Of a stretch of 64,000 bases of DNA, positions 12,001 to 22,070 are shown in pieces. Origin of the DNA: Diplonema japonicum (lineage: Eukaryota > Protista > Euglenozoa: Diplonemea); NCBI GenBank assembly GCA_964019335.1, contig OZ025709.1:434001-498000 (forward strand), written 5' to 3'. Position numbers and translations under genes: made by a program. How positions within the stretch are numbered: the first letter of the stretch is position 1; every line of letters starts with the position of its first letter. The notes beneath the pieces are model-generated. The model did no database searches, was not told the origin of the DNA, and saw only the letters and a program-made list of their open reading frames with translations.

Positions 12001-15000
12001 TGCGGGTCCAGGAACAGAATGGCTTGCCCGCTCAGGATGGTAGGCTGGTCCGTCAAGTTATAGCATGCGTTGAACCCCAAGCCGTGGCGGCCGATCTTCA
12101 CATCCTCCTCGCCTCGCTTGCCCCCCACGCCCAGTCTGGTGATCGCGCGCCAATCCTTGCTCGAAAATAATGCGTCGTTGTAGAAACACAGTGCCGGCCC
12201 TTGCCACGAGTGCATGCCCCTGGACAGGAGGGACTTCGTTCCGTGGCTGCGTCTGTCAAAGATCATGTGCATGCTCTTTGCGCCTGCGTCTTCAGCATTC
12301 TGAGCGAATTCCAGCGGCAATGAAGCAATCTGGTAGTCCTTCACAGTGTTCTTCAACCTGACTGTGAGAGGTTCCTGCTGTCCCATTACGCACATGCCGT
12401 CGTCGCTTCCCCACACTTGTTGCTTGCCCTCTGCCACCATCATGCTCCCAAGGTTCTGCGCACCGAGGAACAAGGCGGTAGCAAAAGGGATGTCTTCGTG
12501 CAGCAGACTCTGGTCTGCATCATCTAGTTTCGGGTCCGTCTTCAGCCACGCCATGTTGTTGACAACCACTTTCGATGCAGGGCGCAGGTACCCGTTGGTG
12601 TCCAACAGCAGTGCCCCATCAAGGCCTCCTCCTCCTTTTGAAACACTGCAACGCAGTTGTCCAATCACCTTCACACATACATCCTTCTTGTCCGCGTCAA
12701 GAGAGTCTCCAGCCGCCTTCTCGTTGATGGCATGCAGCACGCGCAGTAGGTCCTCCACACTTGGTTGTTCCGCAAGACCCTCGAATACCTTCATGTTGCT
12801 CCACGAACGGGGTATGGACCACAGGTAGGGCTCAGCATCTGTGTGCTGCGATTTGAAAACCTCATTCCTTGTAACTAATTTGAAGCCAGATGGAAGCTCC
12901 AAGCACACCCACTTGAAGTCCTCTGGAAACTCAGGTTCTGCTTCGAGATGCTTGTAGATGAGCTCGCAGGTTTCCACAGCTTCCTTCCACTGGTCGGGAC
13001 ACGCTTCCAACCCAGAGGGGAGTGTCTGCAGATTCCTCACCATGTCGTCCTCCGCAGGTTGCAGTGGGACCTCCAGCATGTCAAGCACGCTCTCAGGTAG
13101 GTCCCTGTGCAAGATAGGTGCGACTTGCCCCACAAGCCTCGCACTTTCTTCCGAGTAGCGTGTCACGTTTCCTTCACCTGCCATGCTGCAGAGGTCTGGG
13201 GACCCGTCCCTTGGCAGCCACCGACATCCTCGCACTTCTTCCAAACCCTCAAAGCCAACGGGATGCCTTTCCAGATACCGTCCCAGCATCAACGCGGTCT
13301 CTCTATCCTCTACCCTGCTGAATAGTAGACGCAGCTCATCTTCGTTCACCACATCCCTCAACCCAAGGGTTTTCAGGGGCGCCACAAGCCTCTCTTCAGC
13401 AGCCCACTCTTCACACATGGTGCACTCAAGCAGGTTGCTCAACCCCGTGAACTTTCGTTCGTCAAGCAACAGCAGGGCCTCCGAAGGGGTTCGGTATCCT
13501 CCACGGGTTGGAACGAAGGCTTCTGCTGCTAGAGCGCGGAGAGCCCTGTCGTCGCATCCATCATCCAGTGTCGGGATGATCTCTTTCAAGACGCGTGAGT
13601 AGCATGCAGGGTCAATGGCACATTTGTTTGGGATCAAACAGTTCAGCAAAACCTCTTCTACACTAGCGCTGGGCACCTCAAAGCAGCGCGTGAGGCATGT
13701 CTCCTCGCGAACAAGCATCTTGAAGTCCAACCCCGTCTCTGCGATGGTGTTCACGAGCTGCTCGTGTATGTCAGGAGGAAGTAGCTTGGTGTCGTGACCT
13801 ACGGAGGAGGACGTCATCTCTGAGCCTGGAAACTTCATGAAGAGAGGAAGTGATTTGAGGCTCTCGGCATGCTCCCTGAGAATGGGTTCCCCCGCATCTT
13901 CAAGCATCCTGCGCACTCTCAGCCACTCCTTCGCGGGTGCGGTGACCAGGTCCGGTTCCACAATCCTTCTTCTTCCAAGAGCCTCAGCAAAGCTGTCAGG
14001 ACTGTACTGTAAGAACAAGCGTTCGCAGATGTGCCTGGGGACATCGGAGGAAGCAAGTACGAAAACACCACAAGCTGCCAAGATCTCTACCAGCTCGCTG
14101 CCTAGCTTCCCGATCTCATAAAAGGTGCTTCTGCGGTTGCTGAATTCTATGACCTCCCCACCACCACCACCAGCGCCTTCAACCGGGAGCACCACCAAAG
14201 GCCCCAAGACATCTATCCCTTCCGTCCCCAAACTTCCTTCCTGTGTTGCTTCCGCCAACCACCCCCAAAGAGCTTGTTTCTGAACGGTCGTGATGTCCCC
14301 CTGCAGCAAAAACAACCGAGCCACAGTGTCGTAGTCGAGAGTGCTCAGCGTCTTCGCCTCGTGCAGCTTGCTGGCCGTCTCGACAGGCACGTCGGCAACA
14401 CGAGCCGACCCTACATCAACAAAGCTCTCCAGAAGTACCCTTTCAGCTTTCGTCTTCAGGGCAATGATGGGCTGCGGCGCGCCCCCGGCTGTCGGGAGCG
14501 CCACAACGCTGTCACACCCAAAGAGGGGGCACAGGTTGCAGCCACCGACATCACCTCCATCGCTGAGGCAGTACTCCAGGACCGTCCACGTGTCCTCGCG
14601 AGACAGGGGCCAAGACCTTTCTCTGTTTCCTTGAAGCCGTCCACGAATGGTTTCTGGTGACTCCTGCTGGCACCCTAACCCTCGGTACTCATCCCACACA
14701 CCGAGACCGAGTGGCACGACCGGGATGCCCAAAGATGTCCACAGGGGGTCAAGCGGGTTGGGGCCACCCGACGTCCTGACCTCTTCCAGCGGGCGCACCA
14801 GGAAGTCGAAGGTCTCAAGAGGCTCGCCGGCAAGGTCGCAGTGCATCCGAGGATGCGAAGGTGCGTTGCTGTAAAAGTACGTGGCGAGCTTCTTCAGGTA
14901 CGGGACACTGGTGTGCGAGGTGACGGGGAACAACCTCAACGGAGTCTCCCTGTCGAACGCGGCGCGGTGTTCCAGGTACAGCGTCCACACACGCGCAACC

Positions 15001-16238
15001 TCCTGCAGAGAGGCCTCGTTGCTGGCTGCAGCGCTGTGGTCGTCAAGCACAAGTGAGCGTCGGTCCGAGCTGGACACAAAGTTGGCGCTCACGCTGACCG
15101 GGGTGCCCGTCTGCAAATCACCCACAGGCAGCCTGCAGCAGATGCTGCCCTGGGTGTCTCGGGTGGCCTGCACCGGCACGGCGACACTTACCTCACCCTC
15201 TTCCAAGATGTGGAACTCGCACTCACTCTTTTTCGGATCATCATAATACTGGGTCAGGAGAGAGATGCTCGGGCTCAAGCTGGAGTGCCTTTCGACAGCG
15301 ATCCTCCTGCGTGCCCTCAGCACGGGCGGTCCTCCCTCTCCTTCGTTGTGTTCCCAAAGCTCAACGGTTTCTATGTTTCGAAGAAACAAGCGGTTCTTGT
15401 GACCACCCTCTTGCTCCGCACACACAAACTGCTCCCAGTCCAAACAAGACTTGCAGATTTCAGAAAGGGCGGCCGTCTCTTTTGTGCGGAGCGGCATGTG
15501 GATCACCGACCCTGGGAAGTCCCTTCCCTCCTTGAAGGCGGTCGGGTCTTCGGTGCACAGCTCGGCGATCGAGGAAAGGGGGGCGAACTGATCGGGGTAG
15601 AACCTCATTACATCTACTTTGTCCAACGAGATCCTTGCACCTGGCCGGGCAGCGTCGGCGAGACCCTTCAGGTACCTCACATGCGGGTCGAGAAAGAGTG
15701 CCCCTGACCCGCTCACCACCACAGGTATGTCAGTGATGTTGTAAGCCGCGTTGAAGCCCAACCCGTGTCGACCAATCTTCCCCTCCCTCATACGCTTCGC
15801 ACCCGTTCCAAGGGACTGCACGCCTTCCCAGTCCTCGCTCTTGAAGCTCGCGTCGTTCCAGAAGTTCAAACTGGGCCCCTGAAGATCTTGCATCTCCCGA
15901 GTCAAGAATTTATTGCCCCCCACCTTCGGTGTTAGCAGGACCACCTTGAGCTTCGTAGCACCAGCGTCATCTGCATTTTGGATCATCTCCCTGAACAGCG
16001 CCACCTCGGTGTAGTCCTTCAAGATGTTCCGCAGCCTCGTTGTCAAGGGCTCGCTCTGCCCACAGGCGCTCACTCCGAGTGGGATCTGTTGCGCGGGTTC
16101 GGATCCGAGAACAGCGGGAACAGTGGGAACAGCGGCGTTGAGACTCATTGCCCCGTAGAACTCTGCGATTGCCCTGGCTACTTTCAACCCTTCCTCCTTT
16201 ACAGAGGTTGTGGCATCCTCCTCTTGCTCTCGTGGCAT
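6057..16238 (-). CDS. Sacsin-like giant protein (~3390 aa) with two intact and one degenerate HSP90/GHKL-like sacsin repeats
   Basis: GQSEPLTTRLRNILKDY..EMIQNADDAGAT..KIGRHGLGFNAAYNITD and GQQEPLTVRLKN..EFAQNAEDAGAK..KIGRHGLGFNACYNLTD; third decayed copy WVQYCEDAEATDV. Start placed at MPREQEE (frame is open to 16544). Confidence 0.9.
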   Translation of the reverse strand: MPREQEEDATTSVKEEGLKVARAIAEFYGAMSLNAAVPTVPAVLGSEPAQQIPLGVSACGQSEPLTTRLRNILKDYTEVALFREMIQNADDAGATKLKVVLLTPKVGGNKFLTREMQDLQGPSLNFWNDASFKSEDWEGVQSLGTGAKRMREGKIGRHGLGFNAAYNITDIPVVVSGSGALFLDPHVRYLKGLADAARPGARISLDKVDVMRFYPDQFAPLSSIAELCTEDPTAFKEGRDFPGSVIHMPLRTKETAALSEICKSCLDWEQFVCAEQEGGHKNRLFLRNIETVELWEHNEGEGGPPVLRARRRIAVERHSSLSPSISLLTQYYDDPKKSECEFHILEEGEVSVAVPVQATRDTQGSICCRLPVGDLQTGTPVSVSANFVSSSDRRSLVLDDHSAAASNEASLQEVARVWTLYLEHRAAFDRETPLRLFPVTSHTSVPYLKKLATYFYSNAPSHPRMHCDLAGEPLETFDFLVRPLEEVRTSGGPNPLDPLWTSLGIPVVPLGLGVWDEYRGLGCQQESPETIRGRLQGNRERSWPLSREDTWTVLEYCLSDGGDVGGCNLCPLFGCDSVVALPTAGGAPQPIIALKTKAERVLLESFVDVGSARVADVPVETASKLHEAKTLSTLDYDTVARLFLLQGDITTVQKQALWGWLAEATQEGSLGTEGIDVLGPLVVLPVEGAGGGGGEVIEFSNRRSTFYEIGKLGSELVEILAACGVFVLASSDVPRHICERLFLQYSPDSFAEALGRRRIVEPDLVTAPAKEWLRVRRMLEDAGEPILREHAESLKSLPLFMKFPGSEMTSSSVGHDTKLLPPDIHEQLVNTIAETGLDFKMLVREETCLTRCFEVPSASVEEVLLNCLIPNKCAIDPACYSRVLKEIIPTLDDGCDDRALRALAAEAFVPTRGGYRTPSEALLLLDERKFTGLSNLLECTMCEEWAAEERLVAPLKTLGLRDVVNEDELRLLFSRVEDRETALMLGRYLERHPVGFEGLEEVRGCRWLPRDGSPDLCSMAGEGNVTRYSEESARLVGQVAPILHRDLPESVLDMLEVPLQPAEDDMVRNLQTLPSGLEACPDQWKEAVETCELIYKHLEAEPEFPEDFKWVCLELPSGFKLVTRNEVFKSQHTDAEPYLWSIPRSWSNMKVFEGLAEQPSVEDLLRVLHAINEKAAGDSLDADKKDVCVKVIGQLRCSVSKGGGGLDGALLLDTNGYLRPASKVVVNNMAWLKTDPKLDDADQSLLHEDIPFATALFLGAQNLGSMMVAEGKQQVWGSDDGMCVMGQQEPLTVRLKNTVKDYQIASLPLEFAQNAEDAGAKSMHMIFDRRSHGTKSLLSRGMHSWQGPALCFYNDALFSSKDWRAITRLGVGGKRGEEDVKIGRHGLGFNACYNLTDQPTILSGQAILFLDPHVKHLEDVGATPDKPGIKLEMDKRDFPEMWPDQFRPYKSLGYSFGEDRHFDGTLIRLPVRSEEKADESDIRDYVFGETQWRSMVEKHVSEGHLILLFLRSLNELVVSEVTRDGDNRTLVELVRSSSDNADGTQCVTIRTTTHSEGDGEVVTPRRYLMCHVGGATVAVLCDAAGEDADEKGRFFARLPLPIETQSQAHIDALFWTSSDRRTIFAVQDGYGGDKEKWSKINKSYLDNAVDALLELITVRASQTGTTPTHLFPHTGDSAEHVQYFSKAFYNKVLDHPGIFYTCCGKKLEAWPPITKLESCTKKEQEVFQRIGCSVVTVLPFMQEALEECCHEAPPRLSGSVIRSWLRDKKVAPCREDAAWLLSTFTRSSDDVEDLAGCMLCHLYDGTVQAFSEDNVVIFPQQVEEQVVLPLNSGKVMRCLKEVEYLLKDSKFVRQLEVEDIPSILDEDGGFEVTEDWARILWTWLDTKTPIKRASNQSHCLDDLSVLPVDDGNGDLNFEPLHQRVRSYLLPEEDGTLSEVLRWTGVKMVPRIQGIEKFVDGDSPSDAVRAVVESVKAHGAPSEGKHARDLLDLLVQASRAENRHYTLYLCQQTAMLRVCGSTALRKLPENALLMSSEIEAELREQLVELDLPGVLNEGGDIAVMLDRSKIAKYERTEELLRTVFKKIEAKEIPVQKVSDLMRTVLNLEHTLDLVKKDVSQLEFVTSVAGSLVSPTTCLETSVMENKFPYLRDELSGVLVKEAALEGLLKKVGLRTQLAPDEILTAAENIEKAQSPVKAAHVLVDYLKRRSVGACTPNDLADNLNAMFRKLQSIKYIPVKEKPCDWEGPWLGSTFGTFVAPAETEVWNHDDLGCVRVVGDFGCLHDDVFLKRFLNVRVSANITDAVLVESINAFSAHGSARAEVIQRHYIRLTCERNYDTIGELKRSGKWIWSDKLRQFMESWQVTRDGMADSLEPFVTQLPLDMSGYPVFRHIEAKLSVGNYLAVLEGLALRPSKCSEEMQNNIWLKCLEAVESFPDLPELDCERLVAPDVEGVLRPVDQLYFKDITADERPEGRHSLHNIAIPYSNLLKVVKLSTLCINEMTLPLLEECENKNYHTTRANRSNEIENDAIFSEHVRRWVQYCEDAEATDVRVILEMGVNHAESRRLEKHAYNTSLYLHSDSVITDWLPLLRFDEEWRWLLHGSCHASVCSGDTICYLNMCCKDAKKREWPVTVLKNDPRIPRYWSGEASSVCQQGTCIRLDYFVNDNLAAMQFTSFKLRDECLLDIKEYEDRVVFLSNVRYLKIAASKNGEPVSLFPNAEYKVKVEDNGLTQKHTVNGTEWVVARQENTQVAFCGSKRLTGQKVFPDKVQEFQTVLPGCAVFGSLNGSHIALCWARILVSQVPSVTERDIGIFTKLALSYKKKNCSLPFDAAVAATYIREELLGSRFAQVSGSVGPPTTSETITQTTPNSRHAPTPNSRHAPTPKKPLRLEYTDLSSSARKWLYNKAQLVVVPESLAAVFKLFPFLTKPHWDGVHNEFIETAFTDPALYTELFEWIFLALPDYDLTQCPVLCKKGFMHRSEPIWHCSSGTESIVLAKDRILNSIDFLSVVKTQLSDVPKRTGLCDPRNPNHVVSHLQDIDAREFWKHFSERNPYNWIENKIEVLENKIEVRVCRYTADNTSKVKTVLFGKHCALLAPKEPAPWREPLQSLRRMGCWFSCDPMPGSAEASHVGDSREFVAAFLQKHINQLDVSALGVGGLRALLAFVGGKLASSYLQDVKLVVVNHKEYTLRECTFLRSFGSSRKKVIKTVGFAAILRNNFPVFALCEEGFDELEKEPHLSIMSCTETLLKFTLDECLPKEHVIEMLELIATEDLTAHMKDLALVRVGEKRLRDYWDVTDPLVQILMSGQDSSIPAVYSKCMKSCRSFEGLQSLLQPNLSKLRGSVDHEAYQSAFFKTINTLPDAEVERCRSLRGDIFPHNGTCHAVDDVYSAV

Positions 16239-16554
16239 GTCACACACAAGGGTCACGCAGCACCCCGCAAGAGTCCAGCAGGTAGTCCCCAGGGATGCAG
16301 CCTTCTCCGGAACTCTTGGCCTACTTGTTGTGCTCGACTCTTTTTTTTTTTTCGATGCTGAAATATTGTTGTGTGTATGGCCAACAGACAATGGGTGTTT
16401 ATTAATATGAACAAACTGAAAAGAAAAGAAAAAAGAAAGAAAAAGAAGAAAGAAAGAAAAAAGTGGGAGACCGTGCTCCATACAAGTCCTGATAAAGGTG
16501 TCGCACAAGGTGGCAGAGTATATAAAGTAAGGAAGGATCGTCACTTAAAGCGTG

Positions 16555-17490
16555 CTATTGCCGTCCGGTGCCCCAAGCCGGGTCATCAGGCGAGAGCGGG
16601 AGGGGTGCGGCAGGTCTTCGAAATGCTTGTCTTGCAAGCTGCTGGAGTTCGTGAACAGGTCGGGGGGGGGTGGCAGTAATTTTACATAGAAATTCATAGA
16701 AAAGGGTCAGCCATTGCTGACTGACGAACTCAAGATCGAGGGACGGCACAGCTCTGAAACCCACACTGATGCACATGCCGGGGTCTGCAATGTCAGCAGA
16801 GGCCATGCTGAAAGCCCTTGACTGCGAAGTCCCGACAGACACCCATTCGGAGTCGCTGCAGTTGTAAGCCTCCCAATGAGCGGTACCCTGTTCTTGTATA
16901 TAGATCGCATGTGTGCCGCTGTTGCTCCTCATCACGATTGTGTTATTACAGACCTTGACCTCCGGCTCGTTAGGCCGTGTGCAGAGTGAGAACCTGACGC
17001 ACACGGCCGACTCTGTCAGTGCCCTGTCCATCCCACGTGGTGTGATTTGCTGCTGAGAGGCAAGGACTGGGGATGCTGCAAGTGTCGTAAGGGGGGTGGT
17101 TGGTAGAATGGGGGGGGCTGGATTCACAGAAGGAGAAGGTAAAACAGGGGCAGAGACAGGTGGGGAGGTGGTGTAAGAAAGCGACGGCGATGGTGGTGCG
17201 CCTCGGAGGGCATCAAGACGCAGCTTCAAGCGGTGTGCTTCGACAAAATCTTCCATCAAAACAGCTTGCTTCTTGCGCTTCTCCAAATCAACGATCTCCG
17301 TATCACCCACGTTCTTAACACTGCGCTTGTTGGCACTGGCAGGCATGCCTCCAAACGCGTATTCAACATTTCGCTCACGATCGTAAGTGGCACCACTTTT
17401 CCCTGGTGTGCTCCGCGCCACCCGCATGGGCGATGGCGGGTCCTTGTAATACAAAGGGGACAGTGGTGGTCCGGGGTACGCCGACATCAC
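16555..17490 (-). CDS. Hypothetical protein with a UVR-like coiled-coil motif and a Pro/Ser-rich linker
   Basis: 311-aa ORF in the minus-strand block with coding-like composition; LEKRKKQAVLMEDFVEAHRLKLRLDAL resembles a UVR motif. Confidence 0.65.
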   Translation of the reverse strand: MMSAYPGPPLSPLYYKDPPSPMRVARSTPGKSGATYDRERNVEYAFGGMPASANKRSVKNVGDTEIVDLEKRKKQAVLMEDFVEAHRLKLRLDALRGAPPSPSLSYTTSPPVSAPVLPSPSVNPAPPILPTTPLTTLAASPVLASQQQITPRGMDRALTESAVCVRFSLCTRPNEPEVKVCNNTIVMRSNSGTHAIYIQEQGTAHWEAYNCSDSEWVSVGTSQSRAFSMASADIADPGMCISVGFRAVPSLDLEFVSQQWLTLFYEFLCKITATPPRPVHELQQLARQAFRRPAAPLPLSPDDPAWGTGRQ

Positions 17491-18030
17491 AGCTTAGGTC
17501 GGCTCCTGAGTATTATATTCGTGTTGCGACTGAGTGTTCTAGTGCTCAAATAAAAGGGGCGATATAAAAAAAAAAGAAATTAGAGGAAGAGGAGGCAGAC
17601 CAGTACCTTTTTTTTTTTTTCTCTGTTTTCTTTTTTGAAAAGGTTGGGTGGCAATTTACTTTTTTTTTTTTTTGTGTTTTTTTATTTTTTTTATTATTAT
17701 TTTTCTTTCCTGTTCGGTGCGAATGCTACTTGAATGCTGGAGATGGCAGTATGCACAGACCTTCCTTCAGAGATTGGAAACAGGGAAAAAAAAGGAGAAA
17801 GAAATAGAAACAAAAATAAAAATAAAAACAAAAATAAAAAGAGTGCATACACCGCGGTAAAGAGTCAAGACCCTAAGAGAGGGAATAAAAAAAAAAAGTG
17901 GGAGGAAAGAGAAGCAAGTAGAACATATGGCTACTTCTCTATTTGCTTGTGCGTTGTTTGTGGAGTCCTTTCACTGAACCCGACCGCTTTAATGAATTTC
18001 ATCTATAAGCATTTATATAGTTAGGTGTTT

Positions 18031-18061
<31 letters not shown>

Positions 18062-18815
18062 TTTTGTTGATTACCGCAAAGCAAAACAAAAAGATTCTGG
18101 AAGGGAAAGCCCCTCATACCCCTCCAGATGAATCGCAAACGCTGAACCAGAAGAAAAAACCAAAACAGACCGGCAAGTGACACACCGATTCAAAGAATAA
18201 GAAAGAAAATCTTTTAGTGGGAGTGGTGTTGTAGACCTGCAAACCCCGCACTATGCCGACTGGGCTCTGTGGCCCATGATGGATATGGTTGCAGTTTGTC
18301 TTTTCTTTTTTTTTTTTTTTTTTTTCTTCTTTTTTAACTCCCTCAGCACGAAGGTACTAGGAAAACAAACAGGATCCAAGAATAACCCATCTCTTGGCTC
18401 TTGCAAGCACAAGGTGAAGAGAAATAGTCCTGTGGTTTTACATAAACTAGTATTGCACTCCTGAAAATGTAATAATATGGAAAATATTGCAAATCAACTT
18501 TTAAAAAATCAGGGGGGAAACAGTTCTATAATTTATCTGTTTCAAATAATCTGCACCCCAAATATTTTCTTTTCGCTCCATATTAAGTACAAATACAGCA
18601 CTGCCTTTAAAAAATATTTTATATAAAAGAAGAAACACGTTGGCATTAGTATTATTATTATTTTTTTTTCTTTCTTTTTAGTTGTAAAGTGAGGAAATGC
18701 CGAAAATGACATAAGACACCCATGTGAGGTTTCACTCCAAGTCCCTGGTAAAAGTATAAGAAATTATGGGAAAGGGAATTTATGAATAAATATACAGGGT
18801 GTCTTACCGTTACAG

Positions 18816-19589
18816 TTATTCACTGATGGTGCGCGAAGCATAGGTGACAAGGGCTTTAGCACATTCATCCTTGCTGAGCCAGTTGTTCTTGATGGATCGG
18901 TTGGCTATGTTCACAAACTTCTTCTGCTGGACCGGAGTCATGTGCCCACTAGCACCTAGCATCCCAAGCGACTTTGCGCACTCATACTTACTTGCAGCTC
19001 CTTTTTCAATCAACTTCACGGCAAGGTCCACAAATGTGTCTTGCATTGTGTTGTTCATATAGCCACTGACAGCCAACTGGCCTAAAGCCCTTGTGCACAT
19101 CTCAGCACTGTGTCCCTTCTCAATAGCCTCCACAGCCACAGCAACAAAGTTCTGCCTCTGCTCCACAGTCATGTGATCACTTGCAGCAAACTGCCCCATG
19201 GCCATGGCACACTGCTCACTGCTTGACCAGTTTTTCTTGATGGAGTGTACAGCTACATCTGAGAAGGCTTGCTTCTGCCTTTCTGTCATGTGCCCACTTG
19301 CTGCAAATCTCCCCAGGGCCTTTGTGCATTCATACTTACTCTCCCATCCCTCTTGGATACATTGAACAGCCTTGTCCACTACTCTATTTTTCTGATCTTC
19401 TGTCATGTGGTTAGCTGCTGCAAACCAACCCAATGCCTTTGCCGCTTCATACTTCACTGGCCAGCCATCTTCTATTGCGTGTATGGCTAACCCCACCAGC
19501 TCTTCAATTTCATCAGGTGTTGCAGTATTCCGCTTTGCAATGATCGTTCTGACCTTGGCCTCCTCACCCATGCTAGCATTGTTCCCCAT
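18816..19589 (-). CDS. Tandem helical (HEAT/ARM-like) repeat protein, about six ~39-aa repeats, possibly N-myristoylated
   Basis: Repeated unit AV.SI..GW.SKYECAKALG.FAASGHMT..Q...FV; start MGNNAS matches MGxxxS. Confidence 0.7.
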   Translation of the reverse strand: MGNNASMGEEAKVRTIIAKRNTATPDEIEELVGLAIHAIEDGWPVKYEAAKALGWFAAANHMTEDQKNRVVDKAVQCIQEGWESKYECTKALGRFAASGHMTERQKQAFSDVAVHSIKKNWSSSEQCAMAMGQFAASDHMTVEQRQNFVAVAVEAIEKGHSAEMCTRALGQLAVSGYMNNTMQDTFVDLAVKLIEKGAASKYECAKSLGMLGASGHMTPVQQKKFVNIANRSIKNNWLSKDECAKALVTYASRTISE

Positions 19590-19705
19590 TAGGCTGTGTG
19601 AAGGCAGTGAAAAGGAAGAAATGGCTGGCAGCAATTGCAGTGAGAAAATAGCAAAACAAAAAGAAGACAAGTAGAGGGAAGAGAAAATTTGAGCCACCTG
19701 GAAAA

Positions 19706-19738
<33 letters not shown>

Positions 19739-20809
19739 CTTTTTTCTTTTTCCAATTCTCTTTTTCACTTTTGAGCCTAAAAGTTAAAAGAAATGGGGGA
19801 AGAAATTCAGGTCCCTGGGGACCTTGCCAACACTGAGCAGTGTGAAAAAAACTCAAAGTACAGGACAAGCCCCCCGCTAGAGGGCCCTATGGGAGGGGGG
19901 GGGGGGGGGGGGGGGGGGTCTATCTGTTAATACTCCCCTTCTGGAGCATTGCTTTAATTTCGATCGTGGCTGTGAGCGTCTTGCGAAGTCGAGTGATGCG
20001 ATCCCGCTTGTAGGCGGCCTTCAAATCCATCAGCTTGTCGTGCATGGACTGGGTAGCAAAAATGGGCCTCCTGGAGAAGCCTATAGCTGCCTTTCCTCCT
20101 ATGGCGATGAGGGACTTCACCCTTTTCTGCTCATCCGCTGGGAAGGGGCGTCGCTTCTTCCGTGCCCTGCACGCTGCGTTTATCTTTACGAAAAAAAAAA
20201 CCCTCCCAAACAAACTTTCCCCAATAATAAGATAAGATAGAAACATGCAAGTGCAGACACAGGAACAAGCCCACACCGATCACATGGAATAAACCCGGGT
20301 TACACTGCAGATCCAAGCTTGAGTACCACCCAACATCAACACTTAGGCACTGCCAAGGCAGACCAGGTATATTAAATGAGATGAGCAGGACAAATGGAAA
20401 AAAAAAAAAAAAAAGAAAGAAAGAAAGAAAAGAAGGGGAAAAAGAAACAAGAGTGTGAATGAAAGGGAACAGTAGATTGGGGGGATAAGAAGAATGTCAT
20501 GAAAAAGAAGGAAGAGAAAAAAAATGGGGCTTTGATTGCAACACTAGGTGGCGTTAAGCGTGCAATGACGGAAAAAATAACTATTGATTTTTAACCACTA
20601 AAGGACCATGAGGACATTTGTGTCCTTAAGAAAAACTATATTTTCTATATGACACTTTTTGTGCCCACGGCCCCTGGACTTTACTAAGACCCGTTGTTCC
20701 GCGATTTTTGTTAACCCATAAAGGACCGCTGTTTTTCGTCCAAAAAGTCGATTTTGAACTTTTCGTTCAGATACCAAAATAAAATGGCAAGGGTGGGAGT
20801 TAGAGGGTG

Positions 20810-22070
20810 TGTACCTATATTATTTCCACTACCCCATTTCTGGAGCGTGAAGCGGCCTGCATTTCAGCCTCAGACGCGCCCAAACTTTTGGTGGTAGAGC
20901 AGCATTCGAGAGAAACAACTCTGCAAAGGGCACATGCTATGTCGCGGAGGTTCCATGGTTTCGGCAAGCAGCGCTTATTCAGCGTGCAGGGTGGGCTGGT
21001 TATTTTTTTTTCACCACTTAAGGCCGTTGAACACAAGGTCCGGGTGCCGCAGATATGCGACTTGTCCAATTTAAACGTATTTTTATTTTCAAGTGGTTTT
21101 CAAGAGGTTTTCAGGTGGTTTTTTAAGGTGTCGTTTAGTGTGAAAAATTTCGAAACGGGCACAGGGCACATTGCTACGTTGCAATCTCTGCACAAGAACA
21201 TGGTCTAAGTGCGTTTTTTCTCTAGTTTGTTGCACACAGTGCAATTCCGTGCCTGCATCGAAAAAGCTGTGAAAGAACTTCCGATCACACAATACGAACG
21301 GCAGGCAATACAGACAAATGAAGTAGGAAACACGATCCACCATACTCAGGGCTCGCATCTCTTGGACAACACATCTCTTTGCTGCGAGATTTGAGCCTTG
21401 AGAATGAGGCAAACCCTGCGACAGCGACAACTCTGGCGTCGGCTCAGAGATCGGACTGCACTTTTCTTTCACCGCTTGGGGATCTTTGCAGCTGTCTTCT
21501 TCAGCTTTTCTGCCAGCTTCGCTTTCGCACCAGGGCTGTGTCTGCACTCCCAGTGCTCCTTCAGCTTCCCCGATCTTGACCGGATGGTCACCGCACGTTC
21601 AACACACTCAGGAGCAAGACACGGCCGCTTCTCCATGACCGTGCCATCCTTTTCCTTCGTCACTATCTTGCCAAAGTAGTACTCCTGAGAAGGGTCGATA
21701 CCATGTGCATCACCAACAGACCATGTCTTGTTGTCCCAGATGGATGTCTTGGGTGCTGTTGTAGAACATTCCTTGGCAGGTGCTTCCAACATGACTAGTG
21801 CATTTCCGGTGTTACCTTAGGTTGTAAGGCTTCAGCCATCAGAACCTTGATGGTGTCTTGCAGCTCCGTGATTCATGCTTTTGCAAGACCAAGTTTTGCC
21901 ATGGTATCGCGAAGCTGGTATGGGTTGTGGGTTATCGTCTTCATGGCCTCAAGACGATAAACCCGTTCGTCTTCCACATTTGGGGGGAAGTGGTGCAGGT
22001 ACCCGGGATCCTGTGTATACTCACACGAAACAGCAACACTGGATTGCTTTCCGTTGGTTTTCCACAAAGA
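20810..22070 (-). mobile_element. Internally deleted hAT transposase relic (BED-type zinc finger plus dimerisation-domain remnant)
   Basis: CLAPEC..KLKEHWECRH, VSYFICLYCLPFV..KFFHSFF, WNLRDIACALCRVVS; homologous to 27450-28090. Confidence 0.7.

Noticed and set aside
20590-20730. piggyBac-like TTAA-CC ends
   Set aside because: Two same-orientation ends with no matching right end or transposase.
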